Source: a virus
Taxonomy: Duplodnaviria > Caudoviricetes
Length of the DNA: 64,000 nucleotides
Direction: 5' to 3' (one strand)
Virus record (IMG/VR): IMGVR_UViG_3300029288_000132
Coordinates: 1-64,000 of that record
A program made the translations under genes and the position numbers. Shown here in pieces: positions 38,955 to 48,604 of the stretch (positions are counted from its first letter, which is position 1; every line of letters starts with the position of its first letter). A model generated the notes under the pieces. It was not told the origin of the DNA and did not search any database. It was given only the letters and a program-made list of their open reading frames with translations.

Positions 38955-41822
38955 TTAAGTTATCTTAAATGATGTGGTGGCGATATATTTAACATTAGTA
39001 GAGCTATTTATATAAATATAGCCAGCAATATAATAAGTTCCCGCAGGTACGCCAGTTGTATCCCAATTCCACACAGTCGTACCATTCGCAGCAGGTGATG
39101 CCATCAAAATCCAATGATATTGGTCACTTGCACCGCCCCAAGCTGATAAAGGCGTGTAACATAAATTAACAGTATAACCAGCTTGAATACCATAGGCTGT
39201 CCATGTGACTGGAATTATGGTCCCGGCAGCATAGGTTCCAGAGACCGGAGTACTGATAGTAAAAGTACAAGTTGGAAGAGGAGTACCTGCTACTTGAGCG
39301 TGCCACACACCATTCACTCCACCGCTAGGAGCGACTCCTTGCGGACCACACCAAGCACACACCCAAGTACCAGTTCCATTATTTCTAGAAACAGCCGGAG
39401 TTACCTGGTCATCGATACCACGGTGCTCCAAACTTGGATTGTTAACAACATATTGAGACGTCTTCACGACACCATTTATATTATATTGCCTAGCTATGAT
39501 ACCGTAATCTGACGTTATTGGATCATCGGGATGGTTATAAGCCTGCCAAACAACTGTGAAATTACCATTTCTGTCGCAAGCAATACTAGCACTCTCGCTG
39601 TTATCGGAGGCAGTGTTGACTTGTATTTCTGCACACAGTGCAGTGCCGCTTGAATTGAATGTGCGAGCTACTATACCATATTTTCCACTTACCCATTGGT
39701 GTGCGCTTACCCAGCAAGCTGCAATATTGCCGTTATCATCTACAGCTACCTGCGGATCTGTTTGTGGATTAGTTATATACGTATTCATCTGAACTACGCT
39801 ACCCGTTTTACTTCCAGACGCTGTAAATCTCTGGAAGTAAACATCCCAGCCAGAACCGGCTCCAACATCATACTGCTGCCATGCAGCCGTGAACGCACCA
39901 GTTGAACGATTAATAGCAACATCCGGATGACCCGCACTATGGCCGCTAATGTAGTTAACAACAAAATTTGTAGTGCCAGTTTTCGCACCGGCTGCAGTGA
40001 ATCGCTGTCCGCAAATAGCTGGAAACGCTGTACCATCATACAATTGCCTCCATACTACAACAAACGCGCTATTGTCACGCATAGCTATAGCCGGATCAGA
40101 AAAGTCGTCAGCAGACAATGCATTGACTCTAAATTGATCGCCCTTTGGTGTACCATCAGCATAATACATTCTAGCTTGAATATTTTGTCCGTAATCAATA
40201 TCAGGCCCCTGCCATACAATAACAAAGCTACCGTCAGGAGCCATCGCTATATCAGGTACATTACTTGTCTTATCATCATAAGATGGGACGATAAATTGTG
40301 GTGTAGTTTGATTGCCATTTGCATCAAAACACTGTGCCATTACAACTGGGCTAGTCGGATCATCACTATTAACCCAAGTTATTGCAAAACTACCATCAAT
40401 ACAATCGGCAACACGTGGTTTGCCGTAGGCATGACTTACTTCTACTGATGGCGAGGGTGATAATGATAATGAAGGTGAGAGCGAGGGCGATAACGACAAT
40501 GATCGCGAAGGCGAAGGTGACAACAGGCTAGCTGATGGTGATGGCGACGGCGATAACAATGAAGCTGATGGTGATAGCGATATTATAGGCGAAGACGACA
40601 ATGAAGGCGATAAAGATAATGAAGGTGATAAAGATAATGCCGATGGTGAAGGTGATGGCGACGGTGACAACAACGACTGTGAGGGCGACAGCGATAATGA
40701 AGGCGATAGTGACGGCGAGGGTGACTGCCAAGACGACCTAGACAGCGATGGCGACATGGACGGGCTTATCGAAGGCGATGGCGGTGGTGGAAGTGGAGTC
40801 GGTGACGGTGGAGGAGGTGGCGGCGGCGGTGAAGGCGGCAACTTGCAATCTTCTATAAAATCACCGAAGTATGTCAGCCTTCTCGGACAAGTCGCAACAG
40901 CACTGAACCACATCTGCGTAATAACCGCACCGGACGCATCCTTACCCTTAACAAGCCATAGACGTTGAGTTCCACTTGGGTGTCCATCAACAGTGATAGA
41001 GCCTGATGGTGAAAAGCTACCGTAGTAAGCCCCATCACAACCAGAACAGCACAAGTCTCTGCAATACAGCTCTGTCACCACGATATCGGATGAATCGCTG
41101 TACCATTCTAACGTATAAGGCAAATCAGCTCTGACAAAAGGTGTACTATAGCCAGCTGCACGCAAGTATTGATATCCAGCAACCGGCAAAGTAACCGTTA
41201 ATTTCTCAATATATGTTGGACTTGTAGCAGAGCTCCCAAATGACACATCTTGAGTACGATAAGCACCTAGATCAATCGTTGTATCTTCTAATTTTAAAAC
41301 CAAACCACCGCTCCAAATATCTCCAAGTTGTGGCAGGTCGTAACCAAAATACTCTAATTGTTGAACTTGCCACAGAGCATATTGTGTTGTGAATATTGTA
41401 TGGTCAATATCGATTTCGAGCGGTTGTGATACCCATTGGTTAGTTTCAAGATTCGCAACAGTACATGGATATAGTGTATTTGCATCCGATAGAAACGCTT
41501 TATAATGATCTATATCTGGCCAGCGACAAATCCGCAATAAAGCCAAAACAGAATCTAATGTCTCTTGGTCATAAGCCACAGATACATTATCTTGATTTAG
41601 CGTTTGCAGCCGCCTATTAATCCTAGATGTGACGCCTTTTTTATCTGTTACTAATAAACTGGCTACAGTGACATTACCCCACATATTAATAAAAGGTGTA
41701 CCTGGCATCAAACTAGCACTCACAAAGCCAGTAAGCATATATCTATTATTAAACGAAATTGGATATTGTTGCACCACAGAAGTCTGAGAAGATTGTGCAA
41801 TTTGTCTAGTTGATAACGCCAT
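38955..41822 (-). CDS. Large adhesin or fibre-like virion protein with Pro/Ser stalk, beta-repeat domain and C-terminal Ig-like domain
   Basis: PPSPPPP/SPSLSPS linker; about six repeats of type QFRVN...P.IAM...G.FVVVW; TWTAYG...WDTTGVPAGTYYI. Start revised to MALSTRQ (ATG 41822). Confidence 0.65.
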   Translation of the reverse strand: MALSTRQIAQSSQTSVVQQYPISFNNRYMLTGFVSASLMPGTPFINMWGNVTVASLLVTDKKGVTSRINRRLQTLNQDNVSVAYDQETLDSVLALLRICRWPDIDHYKAFLSDANTLYPCTVANLETNQWVSQPLEIDIDHTIFTTQYALWQVQQLEYFGYDLPQLGDIWSGGLVLKLEDTTIDLGAYRTQDVSFGSSATSPTYIEKLTVTLPVAGYQYLRAAGYSTPFVRADLPYTLEWYSDSSDIVVTELYCRDLCCSGCDGAYYGSFSPSGSITVDGHPSGTQRLWLVKGKDASGAVITQMWFSAVATCPRRLTYFGDFIEDCKLPPSPPPPPPPPSPTPLPPPPSPSISPSMSPSLSRSSWQSPSPSLSPSLSLSPSQSLLSPSPSPSPSALSLSPSLSLSPSLSSSPIISLSPSASLLSPSPSPSASLLSPSPSRSLSLSPSLSPSLSLSPSPSVEVSHAYGKPRVADCIDGSFAITWVNSDDPTSPVVMAQCFDANGNQTTPQFIVPSYDDKTSNVPDIAMAPDGSFVIVWQGPDIDYGQNIQARMYYADGTPKGDQFRVNALSADDFSDPAIAMRDNSAFVVVWRQLYDGTAFPAICGQRFTAAGAKTGTTNFVVNYISGHSAGHPDVAINRSTGAFTAAWQQYDVGAGSGWDVYFQRFTASGSKTGSVVQMNTYITNPQTDPQVAVDDNGNIAACWVSAHQWVSGKYGIVARTFNSSGTALCAEIQVNTASDNSESASIACDRNGNFTVVWQAYNHPDDPITSDYGIIARQYNINGVVKTSQYVVNNPSLEHRGIDDQVTPAVSRNNGTGTWVCAWCGPQGVAPSGGVNGVWHAQVAGTPLPTCTFTISTPVSGTYAAGTIIPVTWTAYGIQAGYTVNLCYTPLSAWGGASDQYHWILMASPAANGTTVWNWDTTGVPAGTYYIAGYIYINSSTNVKYIATTSFKIT
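40440..40850 (-). repeat. Ser/Pro/Leu low-complexity coding repeat
   Basis: About 130 aa of SPSLSLSPS-type units with variable codons. Confidence 0.9.
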
Positions 41823-41823
41823 A

Positions 41824-44607
41824 TTACGCTCCGCCTTGCAGTACAGTAAACCAGCAAGTATATGGTGGCGTTGTTGAAACACCATCATTATTTATAGCTA
41901 CAATGGTATAGCTATGAACACCCGCAGCACGTTGTCCTATTGCTACATTAAAGTCTACTCCGCCTATGCTTGTATTAGTATGTGGGTTGGTGGTGATCGG
42001 TATCCGCACACCATCCAACCATAGTGATGCTGAATAAACGCCCTTCGCAAGATCGTATGCGTTAAAGGTTATAATTAACTCTTGACCGGAATAAAGGGTT
42101 GTCTGTGATTGCCCTGCTGTTTGAAATATAGGTGTTGTCCGCTCGGCCTCATCGTACTGCGTGATCACAACATTACGGATCGTAGCGTTTGAGCTGACAA
42201 CAATCGTACAATCGGTTGGCGATGTCGTACCCGTAATTGGCATTGATAGCTGCCCATTAACAGTGGTGATATGGATTTTATAATAACGATAAGCTACACC
42301 ATTGCTAAACGTGAAGTACGGAGTCCAAGCGTTTATACCTGGCGCTTCGGTATTAATTCTTGTATCTAAGATGATCCAATTTATGCCATCGTGTGAGCCT
42401 TGAAAAGTAAAATCGCGTGGGAATCCGTCGCCACTGTTATAATTCTGCTCATTAATAATTTCACCATTTACAACAGTCGTGCCATTATAATTCTGTTCTT
42501 GAATTGCATATTTGTTTATAGCGACCGCATGGCCAACTCCAAAATCATACTGAATGTACCACGGTGCGATCGATGTAGCACTTATCCATCTATCCGATTC
42601 ACCGAGATTTGTACCACTGAATGCTTTCCATGCAGAATAATATGTTGAACGATATTCAGAATAATATTCACTTGTAGCACTAACAACATTCGGCTCTGGT
42701 ACCGTGTTAGATGCCATAATAGTAGTACAAGCATTAGTTGCAGCATTATTCGCACCATCAACAGAAATACAGATTAGTTTAAGCTCTGCTATATTAGTCG
42801 CAGTCCCACCGCCAACAACAGCAGCGATGCTTAATCTATAATAACGATAAGCCGTCCCGTTGTTGAACGAGAAGTAATCGCTCCAAGACGCTGGACCAGG
42901 TGCGCTAATATCGACTCTCGTATCAAGCGTATCCCAAGTAATTTCATCGTTAGAAGCTTGAAGACTAAAATCTTTCGGGAAACCTACATAATTGAATGAA
43001 TTTCGCTCTTGTATCGCATATTTATTTATAACTACGGCAGTATAGAAGTCATATTGCAAATAATGCGGAAACGGCGTCGATTGACTAGCCCATATATCAT
43101 TCTCATCAAGACTAGATCTATTAAATGCTTTCCATGCCGGACAAAAGAATGATGCTTCTTCCCAGGTCGTCCATGCATTACCATGAGCGAATGGGTCAAA
43201 AACTACATCGCCATTTGGACCGAACAGTTTATGTGTGTAAGTATGGTTAGATTCACCGTTTTGTAAACAACTGACTTTACCGTTGGATAAAGGACGCACT
43301 AAGACACACGCATCAAACACAGAACTACGCGGAGGTGATTGGTCCTCTATACAAATTAGATAAGCGCCTGGGATAGTCCTCGGATCAATAAAACCAGCCA
43401 TACGACTAGGACTGTCACCACCCGCTAACGCCCAATTTATTTCATAATTACCGCCAATCCAGTGATAAAAATCTGAGGTCGTCGGATCTAATGTCGTCTC
43501 AATTTGTTGAACGCCATAGCGATAAGATCTGAAAACGTATTGCCCAAGATGTGTAGGGTTACTTTCCGATCGTTCGCTATCTGCACTAGCTACATATGGT
43601 GCTGGTGTCGTATTGGAAGTCATCTTCGCAGTACAAGTTGTAGTTTCAGCATTATTGCTACCATCAGTCGACATACAGACCAGTTTTATTTCACCGATAA
43701 TGACACATGGCGACGGGAATATATCAAGAATCACAACTGGCGGCGGTGCGATATCTATTGAAGCTGGCTCTATTGAGCTTGTAATTGTTTCGCCAACTGT
43801 AGTTTGTTCGACATATGTAATAGTTGGAACAACCTGCTCTGCTACAACTGGTTGTACTGGCATTTCACTTGTATCCATACCAGGCAGCGGTAACCCACTA
43901 CCAGCTACAGCTTCTGTAACTCCAATCGTCTTATTGAATCGTATTGGCAATATTTCGCTTGCCGCAATTCTCGCTTTTATCAATCCGAAAACACATGAAT
44001 CGTTATAGCATCCAGGCGTAAATGGATGCACAGGAACAATAACTTGTTTGTTAATAAAAACAAGACTATCTCGGCTTGCTATTGGTGTTGAATATGCTAT
44101 TTCAGTCAGATCGTTGGTTGATAAATCACGTTTGAAAACCAAGTAATCGTTAGTAGGAAAGATATTTTTCTGAGCGGCGACATCCTTAGCAGTCGCTACA
44201 GTGGTTGGATCAACTAGATCGCGTTCAAGTTTGATGTCAGTAATATTATACTCAGGCATTTGTGTCGTATCAACCAACTTCTTGTTCTGCATATAGGCAA
44301 GAAGCTGGTTGATATCACGATCATCAACAATGCCATCGCCACTGACATCAACATATGGCTGGTTTGCTGATCTGTTCTTCGGCAGTGGTCCAGACCCATG
44401 GGTAGCGATATAATTAGCTATAGCATTATAGTCATTAATATCGACTACACCATCACCCATTACATCAAATCGATTACCAGGATTTTGCCATTTAGAAGAA
44501 CCCAATATTACAGTACTTATAGTAAACTTACCTACCAATGGCGTGACCTGAATCACCTCAACATATGTTGTTAATCCGATTTTTGTAGATGGCGGCGGTA
44601 TAATCAT
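41824..44607 (-). CDS. Large virion protein with dockerin-I domain, two F5/8-type C (discoidin/CBM32)-like domains and an Ig-like C-terminus
   Basis: WQNPGNRFDVMGDGVVDINDY...PYVDVSGDGIVDDRDI; twice WKAF...YLQYDF...INKYAI...FP.DF..Q.S.D...W..LD...YRYY. Confidence 0.8.
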   Translation of the reverse strand: MIIPPPSTKIGLTTYVEVIQVTPLVGKFTISTVILGSSKWQNPGNRFDVMGDGVVDINDYNAIANYIATHGSGPLPKNRSANQPYVDVSGDGIVDDRDINQLLAYMQNKKLVDTTQMPEYNITDIKLERDLVDPTTVATAKDVAAQKNIFPTNDYLVFKRDLSTNDLTEIAYSTPIASRDSLVFINKQVIVPVHPFTPGCYNDSCVFGLIKARIAASEILPIRFNKTIGVTEAVAGSGLPLPGMDTSEMPVQPVVAEQVVPTITYVEQTTVGETITSSIEPASIDIAPPPVVILDIFPSPCVIIGEIKLVCMSTDGSNNAETTTCTAKMTSNTTPAPYVASADSERSESNPTHLGQYVFRSYRYGVQQIETTLDPTTSDFYHWIGGNYEINWALAGGDSPSRMAGFIDPRTIPGAYLICIEDQSPPRSSVFDACVLVRPLSNGKVSCLQNGESNHTYTHKLFGPNGDVVFDPFAHGNAWTTWEEASFFCPAWKAFNRSSLDENDIWASQSTPFPHYLQYDFYTAVVINKYAIQERNSFNYVGFPKDFSLQASNDEITWDTLDTRVDISAPGPASWSDYFSFNNGTAYRYYRLSIAAVVGGGTATNIAELKLICISVDGANNAATNACTTIMASNTVPEPNVVSATSEYYSEYRSTYYSAWKAFSGTNLGESDRWISATSIAPWYIQYDFGVGHAVAINKYAIQEQNYNGTTVVNGEIINEQNYNSGDGFPRDFTFQGSHDGINWIILDTRINTEAPGINAWTPYFTFSNGVAYRYYKIHITTVNGQLSMPITGTTSPTDCTIVVSSNATIRNVVITQYDEAERTTPIFQTAGQSQTTLYSGQELIITFNAYDLAKGVYSASLWLDGVRIPITTNPHTNTSIGGVDFNVAIGQRAAGVHSYTIVAINNDGVSTTPPYTCWFTVLQGGA
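41889..41896 (-). promoter_or_regulatory. T4-type late promoter TATAAATA
   Basis: Exact TATAAATA on the minus strand, upstream of the 41822 start. Confidence 0.65.
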
Positions 44608-44613
44608 TGTTCT

Positions 44614-45489
44614 CTACGATATCGTCAAAATAAATTGCTTGCTGCATCGCGTCGAACCATCTGGAAGTGTGGCTTTGACAGAATAGGTATATGTCCCCTT
44701 CAAAAATTTAGTCGTATCGACCATATATCTGAATACATATGGATTTGAACGATACGACCCTTGCCGCAAGCCTATAGTTAGAGGCTCTTCCTCGACCAAT
44801 ACCTCGTGATTTTCTGTCTGAATTGTGATAGTTCCAATAAGCTGTGGTAGGATAGGAGCCACCAAATTGAAATCATAATCATATAACGGCAAAGGCATAA
44901 TACCAATTTCAAGTGGCCTAACTTCTGATTGGTTGAATTTCTGATCAAGCGGCTCGAAACCAAGCCTAACTGATGTTAGTGAATCTTGTACATCCCAGTC
45001 GTCTGCATATACCCAAAACTTATTGCATGCTTGCAAAATTAGACCGCTCAATGCAGGATCGTTCAGATCTGGATATCTTGTATATCCATCAGTACCAATG
45101 ATGCATGCACCAGTAAATTCTTCGAGAGTACAGGGATCTGTTGGGATATAACTCCAAACATCATAATAAACATCTGGTACCGCTGCATCTGCTGGAATAT
45201 CAAATAAGAGCCGGTATTCACCGGGCAATATTGCTCCTTGCTCGCCCTCGGTTCCACATGCTCCATCAGGCGTATCACCTCTAATATATTCAACAGGAGA
45301 TGGGTAGTTTGGTTCCCAGGGGTCGACAACGACGAATGATGCGACCAGGTTCGCTGGAATTATCTGGGTCTTATATATATCAACTTTACGTATCGCATAC
45401 GGGGCAGTGGGGATCCCACCTCGTAAGAATCGCGTGTCTAATTGCACTGTGTTGCCACGCCTGGCAGAGATTCGTTGATATACAGCCAT
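44614..45489 (-). CDS. Putative virion structural protein (beta-rich)
   Basis: In the structural operon, SD GAGGTG, late-promoter-like motif upstream. Confidence 0.5.
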   Translation of the reverse strand: MAVYQRISARRGNTVQLDTRFLRGGIPTAPYAIRKVDIYKTQIIPANLVASFVVVDPWEPNYPSPVEYIRGDTPDGACGTEGEQGAILPGEYRLLFDIPADAAVPDVYYDVWSYIPTDPCTLEEFTGACIIGTDGYTRYPDLNDPALSGLILQACNKFWVYADDWDVQDSLTSVRLGFEPLDQKFNQSEVRPLEIGIMPLPLYDYDFNLVAPILPQLIGTITIQTENHEVLVEEEPLTIGLRQGSYRSNPYVFRYMVDTTKFLKGTYTYSVKATLPDGSTRCSKQFILTIS

Positions 45490-45529
45490 ACTGCACCTCG
45501 TTTCAATATCTTTGCTAAGCCGAAGATTA

Positions 45530-45808
45530 TTAGTGAGGTAGAGTAGACGGCATTGCTGAGGATTCCTTCTTATTCCGTTCCTCAGCCACCTTCTCTAACT
45601 TCTTAGCCCACCACGCACGCTCTTCGCCAGTCATCGAATTCTGTTCGAATAGCGTTAATTCCCCAGTGCCGCCCACTCCTGCTCTCAACATGAATTGCTG
45701 CTCCATCAGCATATTCCATTCTTTTTCACACTGTTCGTGTGACTTGTGGACGAAAAAAGGATTCGGTGATCGGCAACATAGCACGGTATGCTTCATTGCA
45801 TGCCGCAC
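45530..45808 (-). CDS. Small protein following the gp26-like gene
   Basis: ...LMEQQF.L....MTGEERAWW; start uncertain. Confidence 0.5.
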   Translation of the reverse strand: MRHAMKHTVLCCRSPNPFFVHKSHEQCEKEWNMLMEQQFMLRAGVGGTGELTLFEQNSMTGEERAWWAKKLEKVAEERNKKESSAMPSTLPH

Positions 45809-46750
45809 ATTGTATCTCGACCATCGTTTCGATACTGGGGGTATTTTCGGATAGCCATTCTCTGATGACGGCTATGTCCGTAGAATGCATCTTATTAACG
45901 ATGCTCTTTATCTTGAATCGATCTGTGACACCCATGATGTCGACAATAACCGTCTCGATATTCTGAGTAACCAGATCATCGAGGGCTATCTCGTCATGAC
46001 TATGGTCGACGAATTGTTGAGCACGCTCTCTTGGTTTGATCTTAGCTCTAGAGCCGCCAACGATCATGTTTTGAGCCTTCTTCATACGTTGGATACCATT
46101 TGCATCTCGTACGCGAAGATATCTAATCGACGCCGTAATTTCTCTACCGGTCGTCTTACTCAAATATGGCAATGATACTTTGAATGGTTCAGACCCAAGT
46201 GATTCGTCTGCCCAAACGATCGTAGTAACAAGCTCATTCAAGTCGATGGAGTGAGTGGCTACCTGCTGGCATTGCTGGTTTGGACAGGTCGATGCGAATT
46301 CATAGATATTGCCGTGAGTAATACCGCGCAGATAGTACAGGAGATAGATCTGATCACCAACCAACAAATCCTGTACGTCGAATCCATCCGGAAAACGGCA
46401 ACATTCCTTCAACATATAGTCGATAGATTGGCCGGTTTGTGCTAATCGCGCAGTAGCTAAGATCTTGTCAACCTTTGCCGACCATGCCTTCACGCCTATT
46501 ACCCCAGAACTCCAACCATAGTATAGACCCTTGCTTGGCAAGGTCGTCTCTTCCCAAGGGATTAGCTGTTCTGGTGTAGCTCTTGAAATGATGTCGACGA
46601 CATCGAGATCAGAAGTAGCATTACCAACCAATTTCGAGATATCCGAGATCGGTTTCTCGCTCAATGGCGTTGTTGATGCTGATTGGGCTTGTAATTGACT
46701 TGGAGCGTCACCACCGGTAAGATGTACTTCTTCTTCTACACGATCTGCCA
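45726..46750 (-). CDS. Baseplate hub assembly chaperone (T4 gp26-like)
   Basis: LPSKGLYY, EKILAT-like motif, LLVGDQIYLL..LR.ITHG.IY, CPNQQC, CAAC...LPITESFFRP. Start revised to MADRVEE. Confidence 0.8.
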
Positions 46751-46812
46751 TTGGTCCACCTATAAGTAGCTTGTTTATGTGGTCTAGATTATATCTACCA
46801 AGCAAAAAACCA

Positions 46813-47367
46813 TCAGTAGCCTTCTGACGCGGAGCTATCTGATGTAGAATCGGCCCAATCGTATGCAATAGTTACATCGATCACCTTTATCTCGGTAGCA
46901 GTATATGTCAGATCGCCCTCTTTAACGCTCTGCGGCCAGCTACCATAAAGAGTCCAAGTAGTCCATGATGAGAAATCTAGATTATAAACCTTGATGACGG
47001 AATCTTTTTTATAGTCAACTGGACTATTGAGACCGGTCTTCACCGACCATACCTTCTCACGCCAATCCTTAATAATCTGTGATGCCTTATTAGAGCCTAC
47101 CACAACATCATAGAACGTGATTCTGATATCTTCCCAAGTAACCATTCCAGCATATTTATAAACGAGCGAAGAACCATCAACGGTATCTTTCGTGATTGTA
47201 AAAGTAGGTAGTGTCGCCTCTTTTGCTAACAATTTTGTTGGGAATAAGTTCCGATTGTCCTCAAATAGATTAATGATCTCCCAAGTATATTGGTAAACAG
47301 GCTTCAGATTATTCTCTGTAGCTGCAATTCCAGTACCGACATCTGTAGCAACTATGAATCCTGGCGT
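46813..47367 (-). CDS. Tail tube protein paralog 3 (gp19-like), proposed ACG start
   Basis: GGGAG-aatatt-ACG CCA GGA TTC; YKYAGMVTWEDIRITFYD, YGSWPQSV..GDLTY, IAYDWA. Confidence 0.75.
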   Translation of the reverse strand, partial: TPGFIVATDVGTGIAATENNLKPVYQYTWEIINLFEDNRNLFPTKLLAKEATLPTFTITKDTVDGSSLVYKYAGMVTWEDIRITFYDVVVGSNKASQIIKDWREKVWSVKTGLNSPVDYKKDSVIKVYNLDFSSWTTWTLYGSWPQSVKEGDLTYTATEIKVIDVTIAYDWADSTSDSSASEGY

Positions 47368-47377
47368 AATATTCTCC

Positions 47378-47914
47378 CTATGTAGCTGGTGCCTGATCTT
47401 TAACTTCGATTTTCTCTTCAGTTGACTTATCCATCTCCAAGGTAAATGTGATTTCGGATATCTTAGACGAAGTGTAATCAAGCTCATCCGGAGTTACTTT
47501 AGACGGCCAGCAACCATGCATTGTATATCTATAGATAGCAGCACCAGTGCCATTAAGCATTTCCAACGTACAGGTGCGTTTTCTAAGGTTAATCTGCGAC
47601 CGGTTGATGTTTATAACACCAGTCGACCACCATTGATAAATCTGGAAGGCGGCGTCGGTATTAGTGACGACGTGATAGAAACTTATTTCTATTGGTGTCC
47701 ACTTCTGCTTACCAGGGAAATAGACACAATCTTGCTGGTAGTGTAAAGTCGCCTTATCGAATTCTACCCTTGGCCTACCAGACTTATGGGCATATAATAA
47801 TATGTCTTTTAGAGGATCAAGGGTAGCAAACTTCCAACGATGCTGGCGTGCCACTTCGACCGTAGCTCCGGGTTGCTGTGCTTGGTTGTTCTGGCCGATA
47901 TTGAATCCTGGCAA
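47378..47914 (-). CDS. Tail tube protein paralog 2 (gp19-like), TTG start
   Basis: AGGAG-agattct-TTG CCA GGA TTC; YFPGKQKWTPIEISFY, GCWPSKV...LDY, LEMD. Confidence 0.85.
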   Translation of the reverse strand: MPGFNIGQNNQAQQPGATVEVARQHRWKFATLDPLKDILLYAHKSGRPRVEFDKATLHYQQDCVYFPGKQKWTPIEISFYHVVTNTDAAFQIYQWWSTGVININRSQINLRKRTCTLEMLNGTGAAIYRYTMHGCWPSKVTPDELDYTSSKISEITFTLEMDKSTEEKIEVKDQAPAT

Positions 47915-47990
47915 AGAATCTCTCCTGACGTATAGAGCAAGACATCACAGAACAACTACTTTAAGTTTGATATGAATGTTATATATACGA

Positions 47991-48016
47991 AGAAGGCCAG
48001 CAATTGCTGGCCTTCT
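47991..48016. terminator. Perfect 26-bp palindrome/hairpin after the tube gene
   Basis: agaaggccagcaattgctggccttct. Confidence 0.65.
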
Positions 48017-48037
48017 ATATCGCTGAATGGCGGATGG

Positions 48038-48544
48038 CTAGCCTTTGATAGCCCGATCATACCGCAACGTCGCTTCGATTGTCACGATATCAGTCGCTGT
48101 ATAATCCAGATCACCCCAGTTGACTTCCTTGGGCCATGCATTACACATAGTCCATGTCTCGGTCGTGTTCCCAGCAGCACCGATCATCTCCAATGTCGCC
48201 TGTTGCTTATATGCTGACGGAGCGTAAACGGTGGCTGTCGGCAGATCGACAACGGTGTTCAACCATTGGTAAATCGTGTCCGACACGTCGGGATTCTGTT
48301 CGACGTCATACCACTTCATGCTGACCGGTTCCCAGGTCTGCTTACCGGCAAAGTAAGCTACTTCCTGGTCATGGTGCATTTCTGGTTCTGCGAACTTGAA
48401 ATTCGGACGTGAGGCGGATTGCAAAACAAGCAACGCCGCAGGGTTCACTGATCCAAGCGTTCGGAAAACCCAACGGTGTTTTCTGCGAGTTTCCAAGTTG
48501 GCGGCTGGGCCATTACCAGTACCACAGATATTGAATCCAGGAAT
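48038..48544 (-). CDS. Major tail tube protein (gp19-like), proposed ATT start
   Basis: AAGGAG-accctgaca-ATT CCT GGA TTC; YFAGKQTWEPVSMKWYD, NAWPKEVNWGDLDY, TLRYDRA. Confidence 0.88.
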   Translation of the reverse strand: MPGFNICGTGNGPAANLETRRKHRWVFRTLGSVNPAALLVLQSASRPNFKFAEPEMHHDQEVAYFAGKQTWEPVSMKWYDVEQNPDVSDTIYQWLNTVVDLPTATVYAPSAYKQQATLEMIGAAGNTTETWTMCNAWPKEVNWGDLDYTATDIVTIEATLRYDRAIKG

Positions 48545-48572
48545 TGTCAGGGTCTCCTTCACGTGATACAAT
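48544..48572 (+). promoter_or_regulatory. Sigma70-type promoter TTGTCA-17-TACAAT for the HNH gene
   Basis: -35 at 48544-48549, -10 at 48567-48572 with an extended TG; overlaps the tube SD on the opposite strand. Confidence 0.7.
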
Positions 48573-48604
48573 GGACATTGTGGCTTCTAGCACTGGAATA
48601 TTAC

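Noticed and set aside
42250-43700. DGR template/variable repeat pair
   Set aside because: The repeats are diverged at all base types and no reverse transcriptase is in the window.
47367-47487. Programmed frameshift fusing tube paralog 2 to paralog 3, or an ATG start at 47487
   Set aside because: No slippery heptamer seen in the overlap. The 40-aa extension is non-homologous, while an SD and PGF align at ACG 47367. Not fully excluded.
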